Assembly: GCF_026210795.1 (NCBI RefSeq)
Contig: NC_089430.1
Span: 5,208,001 to 5,272,000 of the forward strand
Direction of reading: 5' to 3'
Source of the DNA: Rhizophagus irregularis
Taxonomy: Eukaryota
DNA: 64,000 nt
A program made the translations under genes and the position numbers. Below, piece after piece: positions 14,101 through 26,900 of the stretch. The notes beneath the pieces are model-generated. The model was given only the letters and a program-made list of their open reading frames with translations, ran no database searches and was not told the DNA's origin. The number at the start of each line of letters is the position of its first letter. Position 1 is the stretch's first letter.

Positions 14101-15663
14101 ATATATTAATAGGAATTAAAAACTTCAAAATTTTATTGGTATTAAATTATTATACCTCATCATTTGTAAATTTTGTTCTAATATTTTCTAAATTATTTAA
14201 ACTTCTCAGAATTACATCCTCACTTTCATATCTTATACAATTTTTTATCATATTATTCCAATATTTTATTTTTCCATCGATCCATTTTGCTCTATACACT
14301 TTACCAAATTCATTTTTTGCAAAATTATCCAGTCTATCATAAGGTATCCATTCTAATGCCTCATTTACATCACAAGCTGATAGCTGAGTATCCTGAATAA
14401 ATTTATCAATATCATCATTACCACTAGTCCAATCTATAAATTTCTGTTGAAAATGGATTGCATTACATATCTTATTGCATTTTTTACATTTACTATTCAA
14501 AACCATCATATAATTTTTCGTTTCTGGATCCTGAGTCATTCCATAAAATTCATATTCAATTTTAATCTACAAATATTATAAATGTTAGACAACTAAATTT
14601 TAAAATTTTGTTGAGTAATAAGCTTATTAGTAGTATACTACCTTACTTGCAAGATCATATGTAAGATCATTTGAAGTATTTAAACTTTTCAAATTCACAA
14701 ACATATTATGATTGTTTCTTTTCCAATTTTGGTTTTCATTATTCCAGTAAGAATCATTACTTTCATGATTATCTAAGTAATAACTATTGTTATAACCTTT
14801 ATCATAATAGTAACTCTTATAACCTTTATCATAATAACTTATATTTCCATCAATCCATTTTGCTCCATACACTTCACCAATCTCATCCTTTGAAATATAT
14901 TTAATATCAAAAAATCTATCATAAGATATCCATTCTAATGCTTTCTCTACACTATTATGAGCTGATAACTGAGTATCTTGAATAAATTTATCAATATCAT
15001 TATTACCGCTGGTCCAATCTATGAATTTATGTTGAAAATGAATTGCATTGCATATTTTATTGCATTTTTTACATTTATTATTCAAAACAAGCATATAATT
15101 TTTTGTTTCTGGATCCTGAGTCATTCCATAAAATTCATATTCAGTTTTAATCTACAAATGTAATAATATATTAGGAAATAAAATATTTATAATTTTTTAG
15201 GCAATTAATAAGCTTACTAGTATACTACCTTATTTGCAAGTTCAAATATAAAATCATTTGGAATATTAAAACTTTTCAAATTCACAAACATTTTATTGTT
15301 TCTTTTGTTTCTTTTCCAATTTTGGTTTACAATATCCAAATAACTATAACTACTATACCTCATGTATTTACCAAATATATTTTCAACAACCCAATTTGCT
15401 CTATACACTTCACCAAACCCATCCTTTGAAGTATATTTAATATCATAAAATCTATTATAAGGTATCCATTCTAATACCTCTTTAACATTATCATGAGCTG
15501 ATAGCTGAGTATCTTGAATAAATTTATCAATATCATTATTACCACTAGTCCAATTTTTGAAATTTTGTTGAAAACGCGCTGCAAAACATACGCGATTGCA
15601 TTTTTTACATATCTCGATTATCTTGTTAGCATTTGATGGCTTTACTAGCCCAAAAATCTCCAT
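11148..15663 (-). CDS. Multi-module TKL-like protein kinase, gene 1 (about 1242 aa): 6 module exons, kinase C-lobe exon, 3 micro-exons, terminal exon
   Basis: Exons 15663-15229, 15151-14642, 14566-14156, 14088-13675, 13604-13173, 13098-12685, 12598-11719, 11607-11563, 11485-11441, 11363-11316, 11242-11148. All introns are GT..AG and the frame is continuous. Motifs KGGFG, IALK, HRDLHIGN, DMG, APE, DIYSFG. The start codon is uncertain because a possible acceptor lies just upstream at 15681. Confidence 0.88.
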
Positions 15664-15790
15664 GAGCAAGAATTTTACAATCTATTTATAAATTCAGTTT
15701 AAGAAGATAATTAAATATAAAAAAGCTAAAAAAAATTGTGCAGATTAAAAGTTCCGGGATCATATAAATAGAAAGTCAAAATGCAACAAC

Positions 15791-15796
15791 CACGTG
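15791..15796. promoter_or_regulatory. Conserved CACGTG E-box upstream of kinase gene 1 (also at 32619 and 46127)
   Basis: Same relative position in all three paralogous upstream regions, next to a tataaatag element and a tcacgta site. Confidence 0.4.
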
Positions 15797-17754
15797 ATAT
15801 GATGTCGTGTGGCTTATATTAAGATATCACGTACAATACCAATTGAATTTATGAGTAACGATGATTCTGTTACAGGCAAACGCCGAAACTCGGCCTTAAT
15901 TTTGGTTAAAATTAAAATTCGGCCGAAATTATGACATAATGTCACGTGTCGTTACATTAATTTCCTAAAAAGGCAATTTGTTCCCAGTAGCTACGCGGAT
16001 TTCCTAAGATGGAAATTTCAATGTCGATCATTTTCCTGGCCAGAATCACACCCTAAAAATGGCCAGAATTATACCAATAATTTCGGTCAAATTTCGGACT
16101 AATTTCGGCGGCAAATTTATTTTTGATTGCTACAAAAAAGTTTCGGCCTTGGCCTAAATTACTTAATTCGGCAAGAAACCTTACAGTGAGTGAGTGACAA
16201 CGGCAATTCGTACCAGATCACTGATTCTGTCATACTTTCCATTTTGAAAAAATCAACACGTTCGCCAAATCTTCGACTGTGTTTTGTACGTCAAAAACTA
16301 GCTGCGGAAATGTTTATTGACGATAAACTAATACAAGATTCCAAAACGTTATATGAACGGCAAATATGAAGCATTTTGTATAGGATATAACAAGTATAAA
16401 GTGTAACGACCCTTTATCATCACACCATCGAACAATTAAATATTTTAAATATTGGTCTACAACCAAAAAAATAAAAAGATTCTTTTTATTTTTGAAGCCA
16501 CTCTTTCTAAATGACACATTTGTATATATTTAAAACCTAATTATTTGTTTCAGTATAGATTGATATATAATAATTTATTTAGTTTTTATTAAAGAAAAGT
16601 TATTGTTGTTTTCCATTTTATATTTTTAATTTCTTGTAAACTTGTTTAATTGACATAGCCATGTTTTTCATTTCATTTTTTTTTTTGAAAAAATTCTGTT
16701 CCTGGGTTACTCATTTTACGTTGAATCCGCAATAGAAACATTATAAGGTTTTCAAAAATTTTTGAGACGTTCATTAAAAAATGATCTGCAATCACATGAC
16801 ATATATGTGAATTTTTGTAAATCGGAATCTTTTTTTACTAAAATTTTATTAAACTTTAAAAAATTAAACACCCACTTAAATTTAAATAGTAAATAGTGAA
16901 TAGTAGGATTTATTTTTGTTTAATTTATTAATTTAAATATAAAAATTAAAATATAATGTTAAAATGGATCAACAATATTATTGAGAAGAAAATTATAAAA
17001 TAAATAAAAATTCTTTGCAACTTACTTTATGTAGACATAGTTTCTTCGTAAGTAATATTATATACAGTACATCATATCTAACGCCAATAAAAAATGCATA
17101 AAGTTAAACAACTTCCACCAAAAAAAAGAAATAAACATCAAAAGAAATAAACTTATAATTATATACAAAAAGCTCATACCACTTCTAATTGTTCTATAAA
17201 TTAATTTTCGTCTCTTTTATTAAAAACGCATAAATTTTTATTATCAAATGTTATAATAAATTTTAATAAAAAAAACAATTATTAATTGATAAATCACATT
17301 TTTTCTTCTGAAATAAAATTTTATTAAATAAATACACAACACGTTTTAAAATACCCATTTTATTATTTTTTGCAAAAAAAAACTACTTTATTATTCTTCC
17401 TATTCCTGACTTTTTTCTGCTCTTGTTGCCATTCTTCCTCGTTTCTTTCTAAAGAGCACTTCTTCCCTTTTATGCAATTAGTAGATTCTATATCCTTTTT
17501 TTAGGCGGGTTCGATAACCGTGCTAAACAAGTCGCGTTAATTTGATTATAAACATTTCTCATTTAATGAAAAAAGAACTCTTTTTGATGTATAAGTATGC
17601 AAACATGATATATGTGCCCTTTATATATATATATATTAAAGTCCTATTATATTATATAAGCATGTTCTTGTTTATAATAATAGAAAATCTTAAAAAAATA
17701 ATATAATAAAAAATAGATAATTAATACATTACAAACTATACCTTTTGAATGAAT

Positions 17755-17965
17755 AATTATCTATTCTTAATTTTATTTTTCACTTTTATTTCTATATTTT
17801 TGTCTGTTATTATACAATTTACTATCTTCATCAATGTTCAATTGAGAAATATTAAATATTCTAAATGATTAATTTAATAGTATTTTATAAATTTCGAATT
17901 TTCTTTTTTTTAAAAAAAATGAGTTAATTAATATATATACCAGAAATTTCATCTTGTTGATTTAT
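17755..17965 (-). pseudogene. Remnant 3' end of another kinase paralogue
   Basis: Minus strand shows a ...GAAATTTCTG|gtatat donor near 17941, a frameshifted micro-exon (aatatttctcaattgaacattgatgaagata|gt, about 17823-17860) and an aaaattaagaatagataa terminus resembling genes 1 and 3. Confidence 0.5.
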
Positions 17966-17994
17966 CCTATCGCAACGCAACAGGTTACAGCTAG
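17966..17994 (+). mobile_element. Second Helitron-like 3' terminus
   Basis: cctatcgcaacgcaacaggttacagCTAG|T, near-identical to 7684-7711. Confidence 0.5.
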
Positions 17995-18520
17995 TATATC
18001 AGATTAATTATATCAATTTACGATTGAAGATATTTGACAGGCTCAGATAGTGCCGAGTAAGTGACATAATCTGGATCATAGAACACACTTTTCTAAATCC
18101 TCATAAAGATACAAAGAACAATTGATTACAATCACGTGATATCCTTTGATCACGTAATAAGATTTTTAGCACAAAAAAAAGGGGTCCTATGACTTTGCAT
18201 TATATCACGTACATTACACATACTTTTTCTTGTTTTTTTTGAAATTTTTTTCGTCGCCACCTTACGTGATTGACGTCATTTTCAGCCATTTTGAAAATGG
18301 CAATAATATCATGTACTAAGAACGGTTAATATTATACTTGAAACACTAAGGGAATATTTACAAAGAGCGAAATAAGCTATAGGTAATAAAAATCATTGAA
18401 AAAAATTATGATAATCAATAATCGATAATAATATTAACTTCACTTCGCCCATCAAATAACAAAAAAATTTCGAAAAACAAAACAAGTCATTTTTAAAAAA
18501 TTGTTCAAGCAACAATCAAA

Positions 18521-18590
18521 ATTAATCAAACAATCATCACTATCAGTCAAGTCAGTTATCATTGTTTCTTCTGAAGTAACTTTAATGAAA
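18521..18590 (+). pseudogene. Decayed paralogue of the CaaX peptide gene
   Basis: att aat caa aca atc atc act ... gtt atc att gtt tct tct gaa gta act aligns with atg aat cca aca att att acc ... att gtt att gtc act tcc gaa gta aca. ATG has become ATT, there is a 1-nt frameshift, and the CaaX end is deleted (joins directly to a taatgaaattt 3' flank). Confidence 0.6.
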
Positions 18591-19701
18591 TTTATTTACA
18601 TTGACCTAACGCTATAATGAAGATTTAAATTTTCTTAAACGATTTTATAGAATAAATCGACTTACATTTTTTAATTTAAATTTTTTCAAAGATTACTTTT
18701 TAATAAATCTTTGTAAAATTTAAAATTTTAGATACTCCTGAATATCAGTTCAACCGTTTATATAATATTTGTATATAATATTTTTTTTGATTTTATTACC
18801 AATAAATAAAATAAAAGTTTTTTTAATTTTACATAAAAATAAATTTCTAATTTTTGTTAAACTTGTTATAAATTACTTCAGACGATTAATATTATTTTTT
18901 ATTCTGTAATTTGTAAATTTTATTAATTTTTCCTCATTATCTCGAAATAATAATATTATTATTTAGTTATTATTTTCCCCAGAAATATATGCGATTTTAC
19001 TTTTTACGTAGCGTTAGAATATCAATTAACAAAAAGATTTATCAGTTATTGAATATATTTATTGTAATACATAGTAATTATTTTTGAATTTCATTTGTTT
19101 TCATTGTAAGATTTATTTCAAAATAAAATATTATCGTTATCACACAGAGATGTATCATGACAATGAATGTAGGCTAGTTTCAAATTATGCACGAACGTAT
19201 ACAAATAAAGTTAAATTTAAAAAGCCTAAAAATATTGTTCTAACTAAAAATATTAATTTGTGCTGACGTTATATACTTGTCAATTTACTTATATGGGAAT
19301 ATGGCTGATTGTAACACATGATGACATGAAATAATATTGCTAAATAAGTTTATACCAATCTTTAAATGATTTCTTAAAAAAGGATATACCAGATCTAATG
19401 GTTTAAAACTTTGAAACATTAGGGAGAATATCAAAAACGAAACAATGCGATGTATAAGGAGGAAATAATAATGAAAAATGAATTACATAATAAGAAACAA
19501 TATAAATTATGTAAAATTTTAATTTTCCACGATGATAATAATTATTTTAAACGCCTAAAATTTGTTTGTTCGATTTATTATAAATACACTTTTGCTTCAC
19601 CTCATCAAAAAAAAAAAATTCAGAGAACAAAAAAAGAAACTAATCAAGTTAATCAAAAATCAAACAAATATTAAATTCTCAAAATTCTTTCTCAATCAAT
19701 A

Positions 19702-19803
19702 ATGAATCCAACAATTATTACCTCTAAACCAATTGTTATTGTCACTTCCGAAGTAACAGAAAAGCCTGATGGCAATCCTACAAACTCATGTTCTATAATG
19801 TAA
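19702..19803 (+). CDS. 33-aa CaaX-terminated peptide MNPTIITSKPIVIVTSEVTEKPDGNPTNSCSIM, candidate prenylated lipopeptide (pheromone-like) precursor
   Basis: ATG at 19702 in aataATG context, TAA at 19801-19803, C-terminal CSIM. TATAAATA at about 19579 followed by an A-rich leader. A decayed paralogue at 18521 differs at many synonymous sites. Below the ORF-track size cut-off. Confidence 0.65.
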   Translation: MNPTIITSKPIVIVTSEVTEKPDGNPTNSCSIM

Positions 19804-21273
19804 TGGAAATTTCTTCTATGAACGACGGTACAAACGACTTCGGTTATTACATGGAAAAACCTACGAAGATCAATTTTAACCGAAAAAATTATACTTAATA
19901 ATGAAGTTACTATTCGTTGCAAAAATGCCTGGTGCTATTATTTTTATTAAATTTGTTCATAATAACTTGTTTGTATTTATCATAAAAAAAGTGTCTTTGT
20001 AATTTAAAATTTTATTTGTAATCTTTATATTTTTGTATATTTTTGTATATTTTTATTTACTCGTTTATTAAAATAATAAAATGGAAATTTTTTGATTTTA
20101 CATAATTTACTAATTATAAATTATCTAAACATCCTTTTGCTACGCTTCAATTTTCCAAAAACTCTATTTTTCATTAAAATAAAAATGATGCAATTATTTT
20201 TATTTACAACTAGCCATGTGATCAACTCCTTAAAAAAATGCTATTTTAATCATCATTGATCCGTCGAGAATATTGATTTTTAACAATAGTAAATATTGTA
20301 TATTGTTAATTGTTGTACAACATGTACAACGGGAATATTAATCAGTCATCCCGCTCCCACTTATTAATCACTGTCACATCCCTTCGCATTTCCATAATCC
20401 AAGTAGGTAATACGGAAAGTAGTATAGTAGGATCGGCTTGCTGAAGTAACGTACACAGTAGTAGTATTGCAAATTATACAATAATATATGTATAACAAAA
20501 AATCACTATGTAATACAATAATAATCAGTCGATCAATATTTCTTTGCCAATAAGGGAAATATTATTTATGGAGAAGTTCTTAAGATAAAATTTTATGTGA
20601 AAATCTATAACACAAAATTAGATAATAAAAAATTTTATAATATAGGCAAGTAATATATTCTCACCTGATATGGAAGTTACAGAAATACATATTACAAAAA
20701 ATGAGAATATACCTAATTGAGAACGTTTCCTGCCTGTAATGTTCCATTTCATTCCTATTATATTTTTCTAGACGTAACTTATGTATTTAGTATGTAAGTA
20801 CTTAAAGTAAATTTTTTATATATTGAAATATAATTTTTAATATATTGATTATTAATTTCCATTTATTGAAAAGTCTGCATATATCTCATCAAGACAATAT
20901 TTTTAGGAAAAAATATTTTAATTGAAACTTTTTTGAAAGTATTGGTAACCATTTTTACAAACATTAGATTCCAGAATTTTTTACTCTATAGTCTTTAGAC
21001 GCGTTGACTTAAACTCTAACGTTAAAAAAAAAATAAAAAAAACTAAAGGGTATTAGGCATGTTGAACTACTGGACAGTTCAGCTTTTTTTTCACAATTGA
21101 TGAATTTTTTTATTGGGTTATAATTGGCCAAAATCCTGTAGCGAGTGTAGCCTCAGCGTATTATCTTCAATATTTTGGTTTGACCTTATTGATTATCGCC
21201 AAAAAAGTGAATCTTGTTAAAGTATATTTAAACTTTTCGTAATGTGCCGGATTATAATGGAGATCTTATCATA

Positions 21274-21508
21274 CCGCACTGATTGAGATACTCTGAGTCT
21301 TATACAGAAAACCTGGTTCAAAAATTGAATAATACCTGAGGTATTTTGTGAGGGGTACAATATAATTTTTACCCGAATTAAGCTTAAGTTATCAGAATTA
21401 AGGAGGTATTAATTGAAAGTAATAAAATTTTGTATCTAGTAAAATTCCGAGCCTAGGTCTTATAAATGGGGTATTCTCAAAGGGAGTATCTTAATACAGT
21501 AAGTGCGG
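21274..21508. mobile_element. MITE with TA flanks
   Basis: ta|ccgcact..attgagatactc ... gagtatcttaat..agtgcgg|ta imperfect TIRs. Confidence 0.55.
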
Positions 21509-23939
21509 TACGGTATTTGTTAAACAATTATCTTTTTATATTGTTAGAGACGATATAATAGATATAGAAAATATTTAATATTTGCTGGGACTCACCATAT
21601 TGTTTCTTTATTGGTGCACGTCTACTATTGTAAATGAGATAAAAATAGAATTGGACTTGCACTTGAATTAATTGGGATCACGTGATTAATGTTTGGCCGA
21701 CATTATTTGTAATTCTATTCTTCTTCCGAACTGGGCAAAATTATGGAGTATTTTTTGGCCCACACTTTGACTTAAAAAAATTTTGGTTTAAGTGTTACAT
21801 ATCATACCATACATTATAACTTTTATAAAATTTTGATAAATCAACAATGTTAAACTCTAATTTAAAATAAAAAGAAGTCTCATTCAATTGAATATAGGAT
21901 GTGATAGCTTTTTTTTACTATATTTGGAACGACCTTAATTGTTTATTTTATTTTTTTTATATAGTAAACTATTGTGATGAGTGGCTCATACACTCGTACT
22001 ATAATTAATTTTTTGAATTTCGTTGACTTAGTTATTAGTTTGCAATTTATGTAATAGTAGATAACATAAATATGAAACTTTCTAGTTTAATTGCAAAATA
22101 GAGGGTGAGGTTAGATTCTATCAAAATTTGTATAAATGTATGTGAAGACAGAGTGAAAGTGGAAAGTTAAGTGTTCAAACCAATATTTATTTTAAACTTG
22201 TATGATAAACTTCTTTCTTACAAGTTTGAGTGATTATTTAATGCCAAATAAACTAATGGCATCAATTCATTGTAAGATTTTATTTTTATATATATTAATT
22301 TCATTAATTGTTAAATTTTATATAAAGTTTATTGAATATACAATAATTCAATTATTTAAATGTTCTTTGTTTTTCAGATAAATATAAGAAAATTGTAATT
22401 CTAAAAAAAAAAAATCAAATTTAAAATCATAGCAGTTATTAAATAATATTACAATAAAAATTTAAATAATACATGAAAATTTTATATACTATGATATTTG
22501 ATAAAAACTTTTTAATTGTTTTACTTTTGGATTTTACAACTGTTTTATCTGACTTATAAATTATCATCATCAAGGAATATCAATCTGTTGAGAAATACGA
22601 ATCTTTTTTAATAAACTAAAAATAATTAATATCTTATAAGTCAATATTTTTTTAAATCATGGATTATTAATTAATACCTAAACATTTCTTGCCCATTATA
22701 TTATTATATTTTCGATTGTAATCAATACGGTGTAACCTACGTAATATATTGTAAGTGCTTATTAAATCTTAATAGCCGAAGTTATTTGACTTCATACTCA
22801 ACTATAATTTGTTAGAGCTAACGTGCTTTAGATTCTCCAATAGACTTATACAAATCGAATACTGTTGGGTTCGTAATGCACTTCCTAATTAACTGAAAAA
22901 GAAGTCATTTATTTCTTTGAAAGAACAGAGAGTGAATGATCACTAAGAATAAGAAGAACTGTCATGAATGACAAGAAGAAATGTAAGAAGTGATTCTTCA
23001 ACAAGCTGATAATATACTATAAATTGTAGAAAAGAAAAATATTATTGAAATGAAATGGATGATTTGGTAGTAGAAGTTATTTAATTTGGTACTCAACTAT
23101 TATTTGTTAGAGTGAAACCATCCGTAAGTTATTTTTTTATTTAAATCATTATTTTATTTCAAAGAATTGAAGAAAAATTGTATTTAATTAATACATTTAG
23201 TTTTTTCCAAAATAAATGATTTTTATGTTTCTTCAACGTATTTAAATAAGCTTTCATTACTATGTCATATTAAATACATTTTGACTAGACGTAACCAAAA
23301 TTATAAATTATGGTCAAATAATAAACTAATATAATTTATGAGTTTAACTATATAAATTATCTAACTAAATATACGAGTATGAGCACAGTTACATAAATTT
23401 AACAATTACTAGCAAAAGTAAATTTGAATGGGTTTGAAAATTCACTTCTAGCTATTTGTCTTTTCTATTTTACAAACTATAGTAAACTAAATAAAAATTT
23501 TCAGTTTCAAATAAACATTAAAACAATAAAAAGATCCTTTCGCATAAAATCTGCTAAAAGGACCATTTTTTTCTGTTGTGAAAATAAATGACTTATTTTT
23601 TCAAAATATACACTAACGGCATAAAAGGCCTTTGTAATTAAAAATTTACATATAATACAATATTTTAAATATAAAATATAAATCAATAAAAATTTATTTG
23701 TTCAATAAATATAAAAATATAAATATAATTTAAACAAAGAAATTCTATTTAATGTTTATTTTTATCCCTACTTAGTAAATAACATTCCAATTTTGATATA
23801 TTTTTAAAAAAAATTCGCAACTCAATTACAGAAAAGTAAAAGAAAAGTAATAATCTACTGAATAAGATTTTAAAAAACTAGAATGCTAGATAAATTTAAA
23901 TTTTACCACATCAATCCAATTTACAATTTAGAATCATAG

Positions 23940-26900
23940 CTATCTATCTATTTGTGAAATATCAATTTTAGAAATATCAATTAGTTGAGAAATATCAGTT
24001 TGTTGAGAAATATCAATTTGTTGAGAAATACCAATTTGCTGTGATTCTTTTTAATTAAATGAGATATAATTAATATTAATTTTTCAAAAATAAATAAATA
24101 AATAAATAAAATTATTAACCAATACCTGACAATTCCTTGCTTATTATATTATCATTTTGTTCATAATAATCATCAGAATTTTTTGGTTCGGGAAGATTAT
24201 TAAAATTAAGCAACCGACTTATATAAATAGCTTCTGAATGTGTTTTATATGATATACCTAAATTACTTATATTTATATTACCATTTGGCAAATCATTATT
24301 TATCTTATCTGCTTCTTTAACTTGGTTTTGAATTTCCGCTTTGCCATAAAACAGTTCAAATTTCCATTTATCTAAAATTCCTTTAATTTCAGCTGCTGTT
24401 GGTCGCTTTAATGGATTTGCATCTAAACATCTTTTAATCAAATGCACAAGTAATTGTGGTACTTTAATATTAAACCTTGGCCTAATTCCTTGGCAAATTT
24501 TGATTGCTAGGAATTCATCATGACTTATATCATGATATGGAGGTAATCCAGAAATTACTTCGTACATAATTATACCAAAACTGTAAATATCAGATGCCTT
24601 AGTATAATTTTGTCCTATTAGAATTTCAGGAGCTATATAAGGTAAAATACCATATATATTTTTCTCTGAATTTTCCGATTTATTATAATCTGCAGGTTTA
24701 CATAACCCCATATCTGTTATTACAGTTTCATCTTCAAACTTTAATATATTACCAATATGCAAATCTCGATGGATTAATTCCTCTTCATGAATATAACTAA
24801 GTTCAAATGCAATATCATATAAGTTACTAATCCTATCAATCCAAACTAGATTTTTATGATTTATATCCAAATAATTTCGTAAACTCCCGTATTCTGCATA
24901 GTCTAAAACCATAATATAATTCTTTGATTCAGGATCCTGAGTCATTCCATAAAATTTAATAGCTTTATAATTGGAATTTATTTTATGATGTAATATAGCC
25001 TGTATAAGATGCAAAATAAAATATTACGATATGAATTTAAATTTTCATTAAATAATTAATTAATTAAAATACCTCATTCATAAATTCCAATGAAATATTT
25101 TTTGAATTATTTAAACTTTTCAGTGCTACTAACATATCTTTATTATATCTTTTCCAGTCTTGATTTTCGTTATCCCATTTTTCTATAGGTCCATCAATCC
25201 ATTTTGCTTTATAAACCTTAGCAAATCCACCTTTTGCAATATATTCAATATTATTAAATCCATCATAAGGAATCCATTCTAATGCACTCGATAATTTACT
25301 AGCTGTATGTGCTAACAGCTGGGTATCTTGAATAAACTTATCAATATCATTATTACAACTAGTCCAATATTCAAAATTTCTTTGAAAATGTTGCACATTA
25401 CACATATAATTACATATTTCACAGCTATCACTTAAAATTATCATAAAATCTTTTGTTTCAGAATCTTGAGTTATTCCATAGAATTTGTAATTTTTTTTAA
25501 TCTGTAAATATATTATTAATATATCAATAAAATTAATAATTTTTATAAAATTTAAATAACAAATTAATCATTACCTCATTTATAAATTCTTTTGTTATTT
25601 GTTTTGAATTATTTAATGTTTTTAGTATTACAAACATATTTTTATTAGATCTTTTCCAATTTTGGTTTTCATTATCCCATCTTTCTATATATCCATCAAT
25701 CCAATTTGCTTTATACATTTTGCTAGATTCATCATTTGCAATAAATTTAATATTATAAAATCTACCATAGGGTATCCATTCTAATGCTTCCTCTATATTA
25801 TAATGAGCTGATAGCTGAACATCTTGAATAAATTTATCTATTTTATTATTACCACTAGTCCAGCTTTCAAAATTATGACAAAAGTGAATTGCATTACATA
25901 TTTTATTACATATATTACATCTATTACTCAAAACCATTAAATAATCATTTGTTTCTGTATCCTTAGTTATTCCATAAAATTCGTGTATTATTTTAATCTA
26001 TAAATATAATGTGTTAGAGAAAATAAATACTTATAATTGAAAAAAAGATCATCATACCTTATTTGTAAATACTAATGTAAGATGTTCTGAAACATTTAAA
26101 CTCTTCAATCTCACAATCATATTATGATCTCCTCTTTTCCAATTTTGATTTTCATTATCCCAGTATCTTATATTTCCATCAATCCAATTTGCTCTATACA
26201 CTTTGTTAAATCCATCTTTTGAAATAAATTCAATATTGTAAAATCTATCGTAAGTTATCCATTCAATTGCTTTTAATACTTCATAATTATTAGAATGCAT
26301 TGATAACTGAACATCTTGAATAAATTTATCTACAACATGATTACCACTAGTCCAATTGCTAAAATTTTGTCGAAAATGTATTGCAGCACATATATAATTA
26401 CATTTTTTACATATAATATTCAAAACAACAAAATAATTTTTTGTTCCTGGATCCTGAGTTATTCCATAACATTCATGATATATTTTAATCTACAAACGTT
26501 ACATTATATTAGTAAAAATTACAAATTTTATTGAATAATCTTACTTATTATACCTTATTTATAAATTCTGATGTAAGATTGTTTGGAGTACCTAAACTTT
26601 TCAACTTTACAAACATATTAAACATATTAGGATTGCTTCTTTCCCAATTTCGATTTACATAATTCCAACTTTGAAAATTCGATATATAACCATCAATCCA
26701 ATTTGCTCTATACACTTCACCAAAATCATCTTTTGAAATATATTTAATACCATAAAATCTATAATAAGGTATCCATTCTAATACTCCCCTCAAATCATCA
26801 TGAGCTGATAACTGAGTATCTTGAATAAATTTATCAATATCATCATTACCACTAGTCCAATCTATAAATTTCTGTTGAAAATAAATTACATTACATATTT

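Noticed and set aside
11711..15669. Treating each roughly 125-aa ORF as a separate gene
   Set aside because: Each ORF stops just after a GT donor and is preceded by an in-frame AG acceptor; they are exons of one gene.
15866..16190. ttcggcc-rich insertion upstream of kinase gene 1
   Set aside because: Probably a transposon remnant, but TIR and TSD were not convincing.
22550..22610. Possible extra ISQQIDI tail fragment on the minus strand
   Set aside because: Too short and degenerate to support an exon call.
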